DNA of 51,970 bases from Treponema sp. (GCA_031275325.1 JAISOX010000031.1:1-51970), one strand, 5' to 3'; counted from the first letter of the stretch, positions 18,198 through 28,169 are shown. Notes: generated from the sequence alone by a model not told the origin. Numbers and translations: made by a program.

Positions 18198-19379
18198 ATG
18201 CTGCATCGCCGGAATAAGGACATCCTTTTTAAGCGCCTGGTAAGCCTCGTTTCCGGCTTTTCCATCCTGGCCCTGGGAGGGATCCTCCTCTTTGTGTTCA
18301 TCCAGGGCGCAGGACCCTTCCTCTTTCCCACGGATCCAGGTATCCGGTTGGTTCTCGAAAACATCCGGGAAATCCAGGTCAACGGAGCATGGTACCAGGA
18401 TACGCCCCTGATACCGGTTCCCCCCTCAACCTCGTCATTGCACCTGCGTTTTTCCGGTCTTGAAGGAGAACAGGTCCTGGAAGCGCTGGTATTTGCCGGG
18501 GAAAAAGACCCGGAAAAGATGATCCGGTTTACCGCATATTCCGGGGGAACCCTTTCTACTCCTGAAGCTGCGGTATATACCCTCAGTTACCCGGGACTGC
18601 CGGGATTAAGTCCTAAGATTCACTTCATCCTGCCTGAAGCCCCCTACAGCCTCCCCCGGTTCTTGACCGGTACGCAATGGCATCCTACCTACGAGAAGGT
18701 CTACGGTATTTTTCCCATGATCATCGGTACGGTTCTCGCAAGCCTGGGAGCGGTCCTCTTGGGGGTGCCTCCGGCTTTGCTCTGCGGACTCTTTCTGGGG
18801 GAATTCATGCCTGATAAGCCTGCGGCTCTGGCCCGGGCAGGGATAGAAGTCCTGGCAGGGATTCCCTCGGTGGTTTATGGATTTTTCGGCTTAATGGTGA
18901 TCGTCCCTGCGGTGAAACAGATCTTTGCCGTGCCTTCGGGAAACAGCCTGTTTTCCGCGATCATCATGCTTTCGGTGATGATCCTCCCTACCATCATCAC
19001 CATTACCGAGACTTCGATTCGCGCGGTTCCCCGATCCCATTGGGAAGCCTCCCTGGCCTTGGGGGCAAGCAAGATGCAAACCCTCTGGTTTGTGGCGCTG
19101 CCCCAGGCCCGCTCTGGGGTTATCGCCGGGATTATGCTGGGGATTTCCCGGGCAGTAGGGGAAACCATGGCGGTGATCCTGGTAGCGGGGAATTCCCCCC
19201 AGCTTATCCATAGCCCCCTGGATAGCGTGCGGACCCTGACCGCCACCATTGCCTTGGAAATGGGCTACGCGCAAGGGAGACACCGGGAACTGCTCTTTTC
19301 CATCGGGGTAGTCCTCTTCATGCTTATTCTGCTGCTGAACAGCGGGGTCTTGTACCTCCGGCGGCATAAGGAGGTATAG
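18198..19379 (+). CDS. pstC: Phosphate ABC transporter permease PstC, with a ~140-aa extra loop after TM1
   Basis: The [44 protein letters not shown] permease signature is present. At 393 aa it is longer than the usual length of about 300. Confidence 0.9.
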   Translation: MLHRRNKDILFKRLVSLVSGFSILALGGILLFVFIQGAGPFLFPTDPGIRLVLENIREIQVNGAWYQDTPLIPVPPSTSSLHLRFSGLEGEQVLEALVFAGEKDPEKMIRFTAYSGGTLSTPEAAVYTLSYPGLPGLSPKIHFILPEAPYSLPRFLTGTQWHPTYEKVYGIFPMIIGTVLASLGAVLLGVPPALLCGLFLGEFMPDKPAALARAGIEVLAGIPSVVYGFFGLMVIVPAVKQIFAVPSGNSLFSAIIMLSVMILPTIITITETSIRAVPRSHWEASLALGASKMQTLWFVALPQARSGVIAGIMLGISRAVGETMAVILVAGNSPQLIHSPLDSVRTLTATIALEMGYAQGRHRELLFSIGVVLFMLILLLNSGVLYLRRHKEV

Positions 19380-19380
19380 A

Positions 19381-20229
19381 TTGACGTATAAGAAAAAAAG
19401 CCGCGCGGTCAAAGATGGGGTCCTCTATGGGGTTATGGCCGCGTCATTAGTCGTGGTACTGGGGGTCTTGGCCTTTATCCTGGGGTATATCCTGGTCTGC
19501 GCTTCTGGGCAGGTGAACCTTTCCCTCATATCCCGGGCAAATCCCCGGGGTATCTTTCCTATGTTGGTAACCACCTTGTATGTGGTACTGGTATCCCTGG
19601 CTATTGCCTTACCTATCGCCCTGATAACCGCCATCTTCCTGAACGAGTATACAGGCAATTCCGGTCTTGTCCGGGCCTTACGGCTGGCCATAGAAACCCT
19701 TTCAGGGATCCCCTCAATTATTTACGGCCTTTTTGGGCTTTTGCTGTTCTGCCGGTTCCTCAAATTCGGTCAGTCCATTCTTGCGGGATCCTGTACCTTG
19801 AGCATTATGATCCTGCCGGTGATCATCAGAACCACCGAAGAATCCTTAAAGACCATCCCCCCTTCCTTTCGGGAAGCATCCCTGGCCCTGGGGGCCACCC
19901 AGTTTCAGACCATTCGTTATGTGGTGATCCCTTCAGCCATGCCAGGGATCGTTACCTCCACTATCTTGGCCGTCGGACGGGTGGTAGGGGAGTCCGCGCC
20001 GGTACTGCTCACCGTGGGGATCACCCGGAACATCCCTGCATCGGTGTTTGACTCAGGCCGGACCCTCACCATCCACCTCTATTACCTCACCAAAGAGGCG
20101 ATAAACCCGGAGGATTTCGGCGTTGCCTTTGCCACGGCCACGGTCCTTATCATCCTGGTCATCCTCATCAACACCGCTACCAAATTGGTTTCCCGTTACC
20201 TTAATCAGCACCGGAGTATGAACGTATGA
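19381..20229 (+). CDS. pstA: Phosphate ABC transporter permease PstA
   Basis: [50 protein letters not shown] start 2 nt after the pstC stop. Confidence 0.9.
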   Translation: MTYKKKSRAVKDGVLYGVMAASLVVVLGVLAFILGYILVCASGQVNLSLISRANPRGIFPMLVTTLYVVLVSLAIALPIALITAIFLNEYTGNSGLVRALRLAIETLSGIPSIIYGLFGLLLFCRFLKFGQSILAGSCTLSIMILPVIIRTTEESLKTIPPSFREASLALGATQFQTIRYVVIPSAMPGIVTSTILAVGRVVGESAPVLLTVGITRNIPASVFDSGRTLTIHLYYLTKEAINPEDFGVAFATATVLIILVILINTATKLVSRYLNQHRSMNV

Positions 20230-21005
20230 ACCAGCAGGAACTAGAAAAGACAGAAAAGCCGAAACTGGATGTGCAGGAACTGGATGTGTTCTACGGGGCG
20301 TTTCACGCGCTGAAAAAGATCACCTTTACCCTCCAGCCTCGGGAAATCGCCGCGTTTATCGGCCCCTCAGGATGCGGAAAGTCAACCTTTCTCCGGGTGT
20401 TTAACCGGATGAACGACCTCATCCCCTCCTGCCAGATTACCGGAACCGCGCTCATAGACGGGGAAGACATCTACCGCGGCATGGACGTAACCGAATTGCG
20501 GAGCCGGGTGGGGATGGTCTTTCAGAAACCCAACCCCTTTAACATGAGCATCTTCGATAACATCGCCTATGGCCCACGGATGCAGGGCCGGCGGGACAAG
20601 CGGATCCTTGCCGAACTGGTGGAGGCTTCCCTGGTAAAAGCCGCGCTCTGGGATGAGGTGAAGGACCGGCTTAAACGCTCGGCTATGGGCTTGTCCGGGG
20701 GACAGCAGCAGCGGCTCTGTATTGCCCGGAGTATTGCCATGCAGCCGGAGATCATCTTGATGGATGAACCTACCAGCGCGTTGGACCCCTTGGCCACCAG
20801 CAAGATCGAAACCCTGATGGGGGAACTGAAAAAGGAGTACACCATTATCATCGTAACCCACGCCATGCACCAGGCTGCCCGGGTGAGCGACAAAACCGCG
20901 TTCTTCCTGCTCGGGGATCTGGTGGAATACAACGACACCAAAGCCGTATTCACCAATCCCCGGGACAGCCGGACCGAAGCCTATATCTCTGGCCGTTTTG
21001 GTTGA
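20226..21005 (+). CDS. pstB: Phosphate ABC transporter ATP-binding protein
   Basis: Walker A is GPSGCGKST, the signature motif is [13 protein letters not shown], and Walker B is [11 protein letters not shown]. It overlaps the pstA stop by 4 nt. Confidence 0.95.
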   Translation: MNQQELEKTEKPKLDVQELDVFYGAFHALKKITFTLQPREIAAFIGPSGCGKSTFLRVFNRMNDLIPSCQITGTALIDGEDIYRGMDVTELRSRVGMVFQKPNPFNMSIFDNIAYGPRMQGRRDKRILAELVEASLVKAALWDEVKDRLKRSAMGLSGGQQQRLCIARSIAMQPEIILMDEPTSALDPLATSKIETLMGELKKEYTIIIVTHAMHQAARVSDKTAFFLLGDLVEYNDTKAVFTNPRDSRTEAYISGRFG

Positions 21006-21103
21006 CCCCGTGGAGGCTGCTTCACCAAAGGAGAAACCAAGGGACCTGCGGCGCTCAAGGAACGCAGCCGCAATCACTCGCAAAAGGAGAGGTAAGAAAG
21101 AAC

Positions 21104-21739
21104 ATGTTTTTAATGAACCGGTTACGCCACGATATATTGGCTATGGCCTCTAAGGTGGAGGAAGATTTGGGCAAGGCCATTACTGCCCTGAAAAACAACG
21201 ACGATGAACTGGCCAAGGAAGTAAAGGCCGCGGACGCCATAGTAAACGGGATGCAGCTTAAAATTGAAGACCAGGCAGCGATCCTCATCGCTACCCAGCA
21301 GCCCGTGGCCCGGGACATGAGGGAACTGGTAAGCATCATTAAACTGGCAGGCCACCTGGAACGGATCGGGGATTACACGGTCCACATCGCCAAGGCAGCC
21401 CTCAAACTGTCCGGGGAACCGGCCTTCCGATCCTTGGAACGGCTTGAACGCATGGCCGCCATCGGCGCGGAGATGCTCCGGGCATCCATTACCGCGTACT
21501 TGAACCGGGATGTCCAGGCCGCCCGGATCACCGCTTTGTTGGACGATCAAATAGACGCGGAGCACAAGGCCCTGACCGAGGAAACCTTAGGGCTTATGTA
21601 TGAACATCCAGAACTGATAAAGAAGGCGGTCCGGCTGCTGCGGACTTCGGGCTTTCTGGAACGCCTGGGGGACCATATTACCAATATATGCGAAGGGATT
21701 ATTTATATGGTAGAAAGTACCCACGAAGAACTCAACTAA
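21104..21739 (+). CDS. phoU: Phosphate signalling complex protein PhoU
   Basis: Two PhoU repeats are present (ARDMRELVSIIKLAGHLERIGDYTVHIAK and FLERLGDHITNICEGIIYM). The start is ATG 21104 with AAAAGGAGAGG upstream. Confidence 0.9.
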   Translation: MFLMNRLRHDILAMASKVEEDLGKAITALKNNDDELAKEVKAADAIVNGMQLKIEDQAAILIATQQPVARDMRELVSIIKLAGHLERIGDYTVHIAKAALKLSGEPAFRSLERLERMAAIGAEMLRASITAYLNRDVQAARITALLDDQIDAEHKALTEETLGLMYEHPELIKKAVRLLRTSGFLERLGDHITNICEGIIYMVESTHEELN

Positions 21740-21743
21740 TAAA

Positions 21744-21773
21744 CTTGTTCGGAAACTGAAGTTTCCGGACAAG
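21744..21773. terminator. Bidirectional hairpin between the convergent phoU and recQ genes (palindrome family 2)
   Basis: CTTGTTCGGAAACT, loop GA, AGTTTCCGGACAAG. This is a 14-bp stem with one G-T wobble. Confidence 0.6.
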
Positions 21774-21774
21774 T

Positions 21775-23604
21775 CTAAGGACTTTCAGTGTGGGATCGGT
21801 GTTCCCGGATCAGGCGGGTAAAAATTTCGCCGTACTTCTCCATCTTTACCTTTCCTACACCAGAAACCCCTAAAAACTGCTCTGGATTCAGGGGCATTTT
21901 CCGGCACATATCCTGAAGGGAAGCGTCGGAAAAAATAATATACCCGGGTATACGGGCTTCCTGGGCCAGACGGTTCCGCACTGTCTTGAGCTTGATAAAG
22001 AGGCCCTGGTCCAATTCCGCTGTGTTGTCCGGTACGGTTGGGCGGGACTTCTCTTTAGGCAGCATCATCACCAGGGGCTTTTTTTCAAAGATAATTTCCC
22101 TGGAACGGGGAACGGAACAGACTACCGGATAGGCGTCGCCCTCAAGAGCCAGGTATTCCTGGGCGATGAGGTAATCCAGGATGGTTCTGATGCGGTGAAC
22201 ATCCATGTCCGCCATGATGCCGTAGGTGCTCAGGGAGTCCAGGCCCTGGGTGAGGAGTTTCTGGTTTTTGGTTCCCCGGAGTATATCCGCCACCATAGTC
22301 TTACCAAAACGTTTCCCCCGCTGTTCGATACGGTACACACAGGAGACAATTTTCTGCGCGGCCACCCGTATATCCATGGCTTCAAAGCGGGTCGTACAGT
22401 TAGAGCAATTGCCGCAATAGTGGGAAGGGGTATCCCCAAAATAGGCCAGCAGCCGGGCGCGCAGGCAATCGGTGGTGGTAGCGTAGTAAGTCATAGCTTT
22501 AAGCAGTTCCAGGTTATGCCTTACCAGGGCAGGATCTTTTGGCGGCTCTCCAGGCTGGCAGTTGGTGATGAGGAAGGTATTAGTCCGCCAATCCTGGGGG
22601 CTGTAATAGAGGATGCAATCCGCCGGTTCCCCGTCCCTGCCTGCCCTGCCTGCTTCCTGATAATAGCTTTCGATGTTCTTGGGCAGGTTGTAATGAATGA
22701 CAAAGGATACATTGGACTTGTCGATCCCCATGCCAAAGGCATTGGTGGCCACCATGAGGGGCTTCCGATCATAGATAAAGTCATCCTGGTTGGTCTGCCG
22801 TTCCTGATCATCCAGGCCCGCATGATACCGGGTGGCCTCATAACCGGCCGCGTTGAGGGCGGCGCTGAGTTCTTCCACGGTTTTCCGGGTGGAACAGTAG
22901 ACAATCCCGCTTTTGTCCTGGTGATTTTTCAGGTAGTCCTGCAGGGCCTGTACTTTATCCGGGGACTTGGGAATGGTTTGTACCGCAAAATAGAGGTTCT
23001 CCCGGTTAAACCCCGTGGTAAGGACATAGGGGTTTTCCAGGCGCAATATGCGGAGGATGTCTTCTTTGACCTTGCCTGTAGCAGTGGCGGTAAACGCGGC
23101 GGTGATGGGCCGCTGGGCAAGACTCTGGATAAATTCGTGGATTAACAGATAGCTGGGACGGAAGTCATGGCCCCATTGGGAAATACAATGGGCTTCATCA
23201 ATCACCACCATAGCAATACCCCCGGCCAGGCGCTGTACGGCCTCCCGCTTGAGCCCTTCAGGGGCGATATAGAGGATCTTGTAATCCCCCTGTACGGCCC
23301 GGCTTATGGTGGCCTGGTAGTCCCCTGGGGTGAGGGAACTGTTGAGGTAGGCCCCAGGAATAGCCCCTTCTTGCAGCCCGTTGACCTGATCCTTCATCAA
23401 GGAGATCAGCGGGGAAATAACCAGGGTGAGCCCCTCAAGGAGCAGGGCCGGAACCTGATAACAGAGGGACTTGCCCGCGCCTGTGGGCATCACTGCCAGG
23501 ACGTCCCGGTGTTCCAGGAGGGTATGGATGATTTCCTCCTGTCCCTGCCGGAATTGGGTAAATCCAAAATAGGTCTTGAGAATACTGCGTATATCCTGAT
23601 CCAT
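21775..23604 (-). CDS. recQ: ATP-dependent DNA helicase RecQ
   Basis: FGFTQFRQGQEEII...MPTGAGKSLCYQ (motif I), VIDEAHCISQWGHDFRP (DEAH), the Zn-binding CGNCSNC and a C-terminal HRDC-like region. The start is ATG 23604. Confidence 0.95.
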   Translation of the reverse strand: MDQDIRSILKTYFGFTQFRQGQEEIIHTLLEHRDVLAVMPTGAGKSLCYQVPALLLEGLTLVISPLISLMKDQVNGLQEGAIPGAYLNSSLTPGDYQATISRAVQGDYKILYIAPEGLKREAVQRLAGGIAMVVIDEAHCISQWGHDFRPSYLLIHEFIQSLAQRPITAAFTATATGKVKEDILRILRLENPYVLTTGFNRENLYFAVQTIPKSPDKVQALQDYLKNHQDKSGIVYCSTRKTVEELSAALNAAGYEATRYHAGLDDQERQTNQDDFIYDRKPLMVATNAFGMGIDKSNVSFVIHYNLPKNIESYYQEAGRAGRDGEPADCILYYSPQDWRTNTFLITNCQPGEPPKDPALVRHNLELLKAMTYYATTTDCLRARLLAYFGDTPSHYCGNCSNCTTRFEAMDIRVAAQKIVSCVYRIEQRGKRFGKTMVADILRGTKNQKLLTQGLDSLSTYGIMADMDVHRIRTILDYLIAQEYLALEGDAYPVVCSVPRSREIIFEKKPLVMMLPKEKSRPTVPDNTAELDQGLFIKLKTVRNRLAQEARIPGYIIFSDASLQDMCRKMPLNPEQFLGVSGVGKVKMEKYGEIFTRLIREHRSHTESP

Positions 23605-23686
23605 AAGCAGTTCATTATACCGGCCCTGAAAAAAAAGAAAAAGGCCGCATGCTGGGGGCCTCATCGGTGAGCATCCGCTTGAGCCT

Positions 23687-24715
23687 GGGGGTCAGTTTCA
23701 AGACTCCGGGTTAAAGTCTTGAGACTACAGGTTACAAGCTGGAGCTTCTGGGTTAAAGGCTAGAGCTTCTGGGACAAAAGCTAGAGCTTCCGGGGAAAAA
23801 GCTGGAGCTTCTGGGACAAAAGCTAGAACTTCTGGGACAAAAGCTAGAGCTTCCGGGACAAAAGCTGGCGCTTCTGGGTTAAAGGCTAGAGCTTCTGGGT
23901 TAAAATCTAGCGCTTCTGGGACAAAAGCTGGAGCTTCTGGGTTAAAGGCTGGAGCTTCTGGGTTAAAGGCTAGAGCTTCCAGGGCAAAAGCTGGAGCTGC
24001 CGGGTTAAAGGCTAGAGCTTCTGGGGCAAAAGCTAGAGCTTCCGGGTTAAAGGCTGGAGCTTCTGGGTTAAAGGCTAGAGCTTCTGCGTTAAAAGCTGGA
24101 GCTTCTGGGACAAAAGCTGGAGCTTCTGGGGCAAAAGCTAGAGCTTCTGGGATAAAAGCTAGAGCTTCTGGAGCAAAAGCTGGAGCTGCTGGGTTAAAGG
24201 TTAGAGCTTCTGGGTTAAAAGCTAGAGCTTCTGGAACAAAAGCTGGAGCTTCTGGATTAAAGGCTAGAGCTTCTGGGACAAAGGCTAGAGCTTCTGGGAC
24301 AAAGGCTGGAGCTTCCGGGGCAAAAGCTAGAGCTTCTGGGGCAAAAGCTGGAGCTTCTGGAGCAAAAGTTAGAGCTTCTGGATTAAAGGCTGGAGCTTCT
24401 GGGGCAAAAGCTGGATCTTCTGGGATAAAAGCTAGAGCTTCTGGGACAAAGGCTGGAGCTTCTGGAGCAAAAGCTGGAGCTTCTGGATTAAAGGCTGAAG
24501 CTTCTGGTACAAAGGCTAGAGCTTCTGGGTTAAAGGCTAGAGCTTCTGGATTAAAGGCTAGAGCTTCCGGGACAAAAGCTCTAGTCTACGGGTCAAAGTC
24601 TCAAGCCTGCAGGTTAAAGTCTTGAGACTACGGGTTAAAGTCTCAAGCCTGCGGATCAAAGGCTTGAGCCTACGGATCAAAGGCTTGAGCCTACGGATCA
24701 AAAACACAAGCCCCA
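23687..24715 (+). repeat. 21-bp tandem array B: 49 units in perfect register (40 core units at 23729-24568 flanked by an older unit type)
   Basis: The core unit is GGG-NN-AAA-R-GCT-R-GAGCTTCT. The flank units are GGGTTAAAGTCTTGAGACTAC, GGGTTAAAGTCTCAAGCCTGC and GGATCAAAGGCTTGAGCCTAC. All checked unit starts (23708, 24002, 24317, 24569, 24611, 24695) equal 23708+21k. Confidence 0.97.
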
Positions 24716-24891
24716 CAGTCTCTGGGGGCGAAAGCAGGGTTTCCTGCTTTGAGAATCTATTAAACAAAACTCCAAAAAACGATAAAAGACACCAAAAATC
24801 GACGGACGGGTAACCCTTATTGGCGGTGCGGTGAAATAGGAACTGGAAACGCCTTTTGGGGCAGGGGTTTATAGGACGCCCTTCCCTCTAT

Positions 24892-24952
24892 AAAAAAACG
24901 CCACGGTAAAAAAGGAGACGAACCGGCCTGCCTTCCCTCCTTTGCCGTGGCG
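24892..24952 (-). terminator. Intrinsic terminator of the TPP-enzyme gene
   Basis: On the minus strand, CGCCACGG (24952-24945), a structured loop, then CCGTGGCG (24906-24899) followed by T7 (24898-24892). It begins 7 nt after the stop codon. Confidence 0.7.
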
Positions 24953-24958
24953 GTTTTC

Positions 24959-26587
24959 TTATTCCCTGCGGCGGGCTTTCTTCTTCCGCTGTCTTGCAGC
25001 CTCAAGACATTCCCGTTTAAAAATCACCACGGAAAGTCCGGGATAGATAATTTCCGCGCGCAGACGGGCAGCGTTCTCCTGGATAAGGGGCTTTTTCGCT
25101 TCCAACTCAATAAGATGTTCCTCAGGAACCCCCAATCCCCGGATGAGTTCCCGGAGCTTGGAAGAGGGAACCATAGTTTCCTGACAGCCGGTCATGGCCA
25201 CAATGGCATTGTCCAGAATGACCAGGGTCATAGGGGTATTAGCCGCCGCCGCATCAATAAGACCGGTGATCCCTGAATGAAGAAAGGTGGAATCCCCGAT
25301 AACCCCAACCACATGGCGTATTCCCGCGTCTGCTGCGCCTTTCGCCATGCCCACCGAAGCGCCCATGCAGACAATGGATTCCGGCGCCTCATAAGGGGGC
25401 ATGGCCCCCAAGGAATAGCACCCAATATCCGCAGTAACCGCGGTGTTTTCAAGACCTGCCAGAGCCTGCTTAATGGTTTCGTAACTATCCCCGTGCGGAC
25501 AGCCTTGGCAAAGCTGAGGAGGACGGTTCGGCAGAGGAGGAATGGTAAGCCCTCCAGATAAAACACTGGGCCGAGGCGGGAGGCCAAGGCTTCTCCGCAC
25601 CTGATCTGGGTCCAATTCTCCAGTACGGTTTACCGTGCCGTCCAATTTCCCGGAGATACTACAGGAAGAAGGCAAAAGTCCCCGGATCTTTGCTTCGATG
25701 AACGGCTGCCCTTCCTCAATGATCAGGATCTGCTGGGCATCTTCACAGAGCCTGCGTATCAAAGAAACCGGCACAGGATACACCCCGATGTGGAGCCGGG
25801 CCGGCGGCTTCCCCTGGCGGAAACGGACCAGGTCTTCCCGGTTTTCTTCGTAATAGTTTCCCCCTAAACCTGCCGTAATGATTCCCCAGGACCGGTCCTT
25901 CCCCTCCAGTTCCAAGGTATTTTTAGGATGGGCTGTGGACCAGGCAAGGATATCCCCTTGCTTTTCGATAAGGGCTGCATAGTTTCTCCGGGCAAACCCT
26001 GGAAGGAGGATCCACTGGGTCTTGTCCGATGCTTTGGATAGGGGGTTTTGCCCTCGGGCTGATCCTGGCGACACCCCGGCCCGGGCATGGGACAGCCGGG
26101 TAGTCAACCTCAGCAGCACCGGAACCTGAAACTGCTCAGAAACCGCGAAGGCTTCCTGGGTCATCTCGTAGGCTTCCTGCTGGTTCCGGGGTTCCATACA
26201 GGGAACCAAGGCAAAATCCGCATAAAACCGGGAATCCTGCTCATTCTGGGAACTGTGCATCCCCGGATCATCTGCCACGGCAATCACCAAGCCTCCCCTT
26301 ATCCTCAAAAGACTGCCGTTGATGAAGGGGTCGGAAGCCACGTTAAGCCCCACATGCTTCATCGTAACCAGAGCTCGGCGGCCTGCGAAAGACACCCCCA
26401 AGGCCGCTTCCAGGGCAGTTTTCTCGTTGGTACACCACCGGGCAATGGGACCTCCTTGGGTATAAGCGTCCAGGAGGTATTCCATGATCTCCGTGGAGGG
26501 GGTCCCAGGATAGCCGTAAGAGGCGCTTACCCCTGCATGGAGGGCCCCCAAGGCCACTGCCTCATCTCCTAATACAATGTGTTCCAT
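24959..26587 (-). CDS. Thiamine-diphosphate enzyme similar to the indolepyruvate/2-oxoacid:ferredoxin oxidoreductase alpha subunit (IorA family)
   Basis: The N-terminus is GDEAVALGALHAGVSASYGYPGTPSTEI. The TPP motif is GDSTFLHSGITGLIDAAAANTPMTLVILDN. I saw no CxxCxxCxxxCP ferredoxin motifs and no beta-subunit gene nearby. Confidence 0.8.
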   Translation of the reverse strand: MEHIVLGDEAVALGALHAGVSASYGYPGTPSTEIMEYLLDAYTQGGPIARWCTNEKTALEAALGVSFAGRRALVTMKHVGLNVASDPFINGSLLRIRGGLVIAVADDPGMHSSQNEQDSRFYADFALVPCMEPRNQQEAYEMTQEAFAVSEQFQVPVLLRLTTRLSHARAGVSPGSARGQNPLSKASDKTQWILLPGFARRNYAALIEKQGDILAWSTAHPKNTLELEGKDRSWGIITAGLGGNYYEENREDLVRFRQGKPPARLHIGVYPVPVSLIRRLCEDAQQILIIEEGQPFIEAKIRGLLPSSCSISGKLDGTVNRTGELDPDQVRRSLGLPPRPSVLSGGLTIPPLPNRPPQLCQGCPHGDSYETIKQALAGLENTAVTADIGCYSLGAMPPYEAPESIVCMGASVGMAKGAADAGIRHVVGVIGDSTFLHSGITGLIDAAAANTPMTLVILDNAIVAMTGCQETMVPSSKLRELIRGLGVPEEHLIELEAKKPLIQENAARLRAEIIYPGLSVVIFKRECLEAARQRKKKARRRE

Positions 26588-26617
26588 ACTATAACTTCCT
26601 CATAAAGTCCCAAAGGA

Positions 26618-28093
26618 CTATAGGGTACGGGATAAACCTGCAAAGGCCCGATCCACTAAGGATTGATGGGGGGCTTGGGTACAGCGGGAAACCACCGGCA
26701 CCACGATGAAGGGCGCCAGGATGGCGAAGGAGGCGGCTAAAGGTGAATTAGCCGCGCCCAGGATGAAAAACAAGGTGATTTCAGTTACCAGGCCCGACAA
26801 AAGCCCTGCATAAGCCCCGGCCTTGGTGGTCCCCTTCCAATAGAGGCCGTAGATATAGGGAGCGGCAAAGGATCCTGAAACCGCGCCCCAACTGAGGGAC
26901 ATGAGGGTAACAATAAAGCTGAACTGAAACCGGGATATGAAATACGAAATCATCACAAAAAGAGCGGAAAGAAAACGCATCATCGCCACAGACCGGTCTT
27001 TACCGGTTTTGGGGTTTACCTGGGAAGGGTACAGATCAATAGCCACCGAAGAAGAGGACACTAATACCAAAGACGAAAGGGTGGACATGGAAGCAGAGAG
27101 GACCAAGAGCAGGATCAAGCCCATGAGCGCTTCAGGCAAATGTTCGGTGAGCAGGGTCGGCACAATCGAATCGTAGAGGATGCCTCCGGCATCGTTTTTA
27201 GGCACCCTTTCAAGGGTGAAAAAAGCATGGGCAAAGATACCGGTGAGGTACGCAGCAAAGCCGATGACCAAGGCAAAAACCGTAGTAACCATAGCTGCCC
27301 TAGGGATAACCTGTTCGTTCTTTATGGCGTAGAATTTCTGGGCCATTTGAGGCAAGCCCCAGGTGCCAAAGCTGGTCATAAACACCAGGGACAGGATGGT
27401 GAGGACCGTAGGCTGCTTTTCCAAGGGAACATGCAGGGGATACTGCTCTCGCACCTTTCCGATGATTTCCAGGAGCCCCCCTTCCTGAGAAGTCAAGACC
27501 GCCACCATGGCTATGGCCCCGAAGAACATGACGATACCCTGGATAAAATCGGTAATGGCTATGGCAAAGTACCCCCCTAAGATCAGGTATACCCCGGTAA
27601 AGGCGATCATGATGAGCAGCGCGGTATCGTAGGGGATGTGAAACACCGCTTCAAAAAGGTGCCCTAAACCTTTGAACACCGAAGCCGAGTAGGGAAGCAG
27701 GAAGAAAAAGATCACCGATGCGGCCAGGGGCTTTAAGTGTTTGGCTCCGTACCGTTCCTGGAGGTACGCAGGCATGGTCATGGCATCCAGGTTCTGGGTC
27801 ATCCGCCGGGTGCGGCGGGCCAGAACCACCCACGCAGCCAGGGCGCCGATAAGGCCGTTTCCTAGGGCAATCCAGAGGGCGTTAAGGCCGAACTGCCAGC
27901 CTTGGGTCCCGGCAAACCCGATAAAAAGGACCGCAGAAAAATAGGACGTTCCATAGGCCACTGCAGAAACCCAGGGGCCCATGGTTCTGCCTCCCAAAAA
28001 GAAATCCCCCAAGGTTTTCGTTTTCCTCATTCCCCAGATACCGATAGCCGTCATCAGGATCAAGAACACTACCAGAAAAATGATACCGTACAT
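26618..28093 (-). CDS. Sodium:solute symporter (SSS family)
   Basis: 491-aa polytopic protein. GDFFLGGRTMGPWVSAVAYGTSYFSAVLFIGFAG is a typical SSS N-terminus. The start is ATG 28093 with GGGGAGGAAGG upstream. Confidence 0.88.
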   Translation of the reverse strand: MYGIIFLVVFLILMTAIGIWGMRKTKTLGDFFLGGRTMGPWVSAVAYGTSYFSAVLFIGFAGTQGWQFGLNALWIALGNGLIGALAAWVVLARRTRRMTQNLDAMTMPAYLQERYGAKHLKPLAASVIFFFLLPYSASVFKGLGHLFEAVFHIPYDTALLIMIAFTGVYLILGGYFAIAITDFIQGIVMFFGAIAMVAVLTSQEGGLLEIIGKVREQYPLHVPLEKQPTVLTILSLVFMTSFGTWGLPQMAQKFYAIKNEQVIPRAAMVTTVFALVIGFAAYLTGIFAHAFFTLERVPKNDAGGILYDSIVPTLLTEHLPEALMGLILLLVLSASMSTLSSLVLVSSSSVAIDLYPSQVNPKTGKDRSVAMMRFLSALFVMISYFISRFQFSFIVTLMSLSWGAVSGSFAAPYIYGLYWKGTTKAGAYAGLLSGLVTEITLFFILGAANSPLAASFAILAPFIVVPVVSRCTQAPHQSLVDRAFAGLSRTL

Positions 28094-28136
28094 AGCACCT
28101 TCCTCCCCTATAGGTATAAAAAATGTAATCAAGCGC

Positions 28137-28169
28137 GGCTGTTTCAAAACTTGCAATGTTGAAACAGCC
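28137..28169. repeat. Palindrome family 1 variant in a divergent promoter region
   Basis: GGCTGTTTCAA, 11-nt loop, TTGAAACAGCC. Confidence 0.8.

Noticed and set aside
23687-24715. Possible CRISPR array, because of the regular short repeats
   Set aside because: Units are contiguous 21-mers with no unique spacers between them. There is no leader or cas genes in the window. The variable positions are single nucleotides, not spacer-length inserts.
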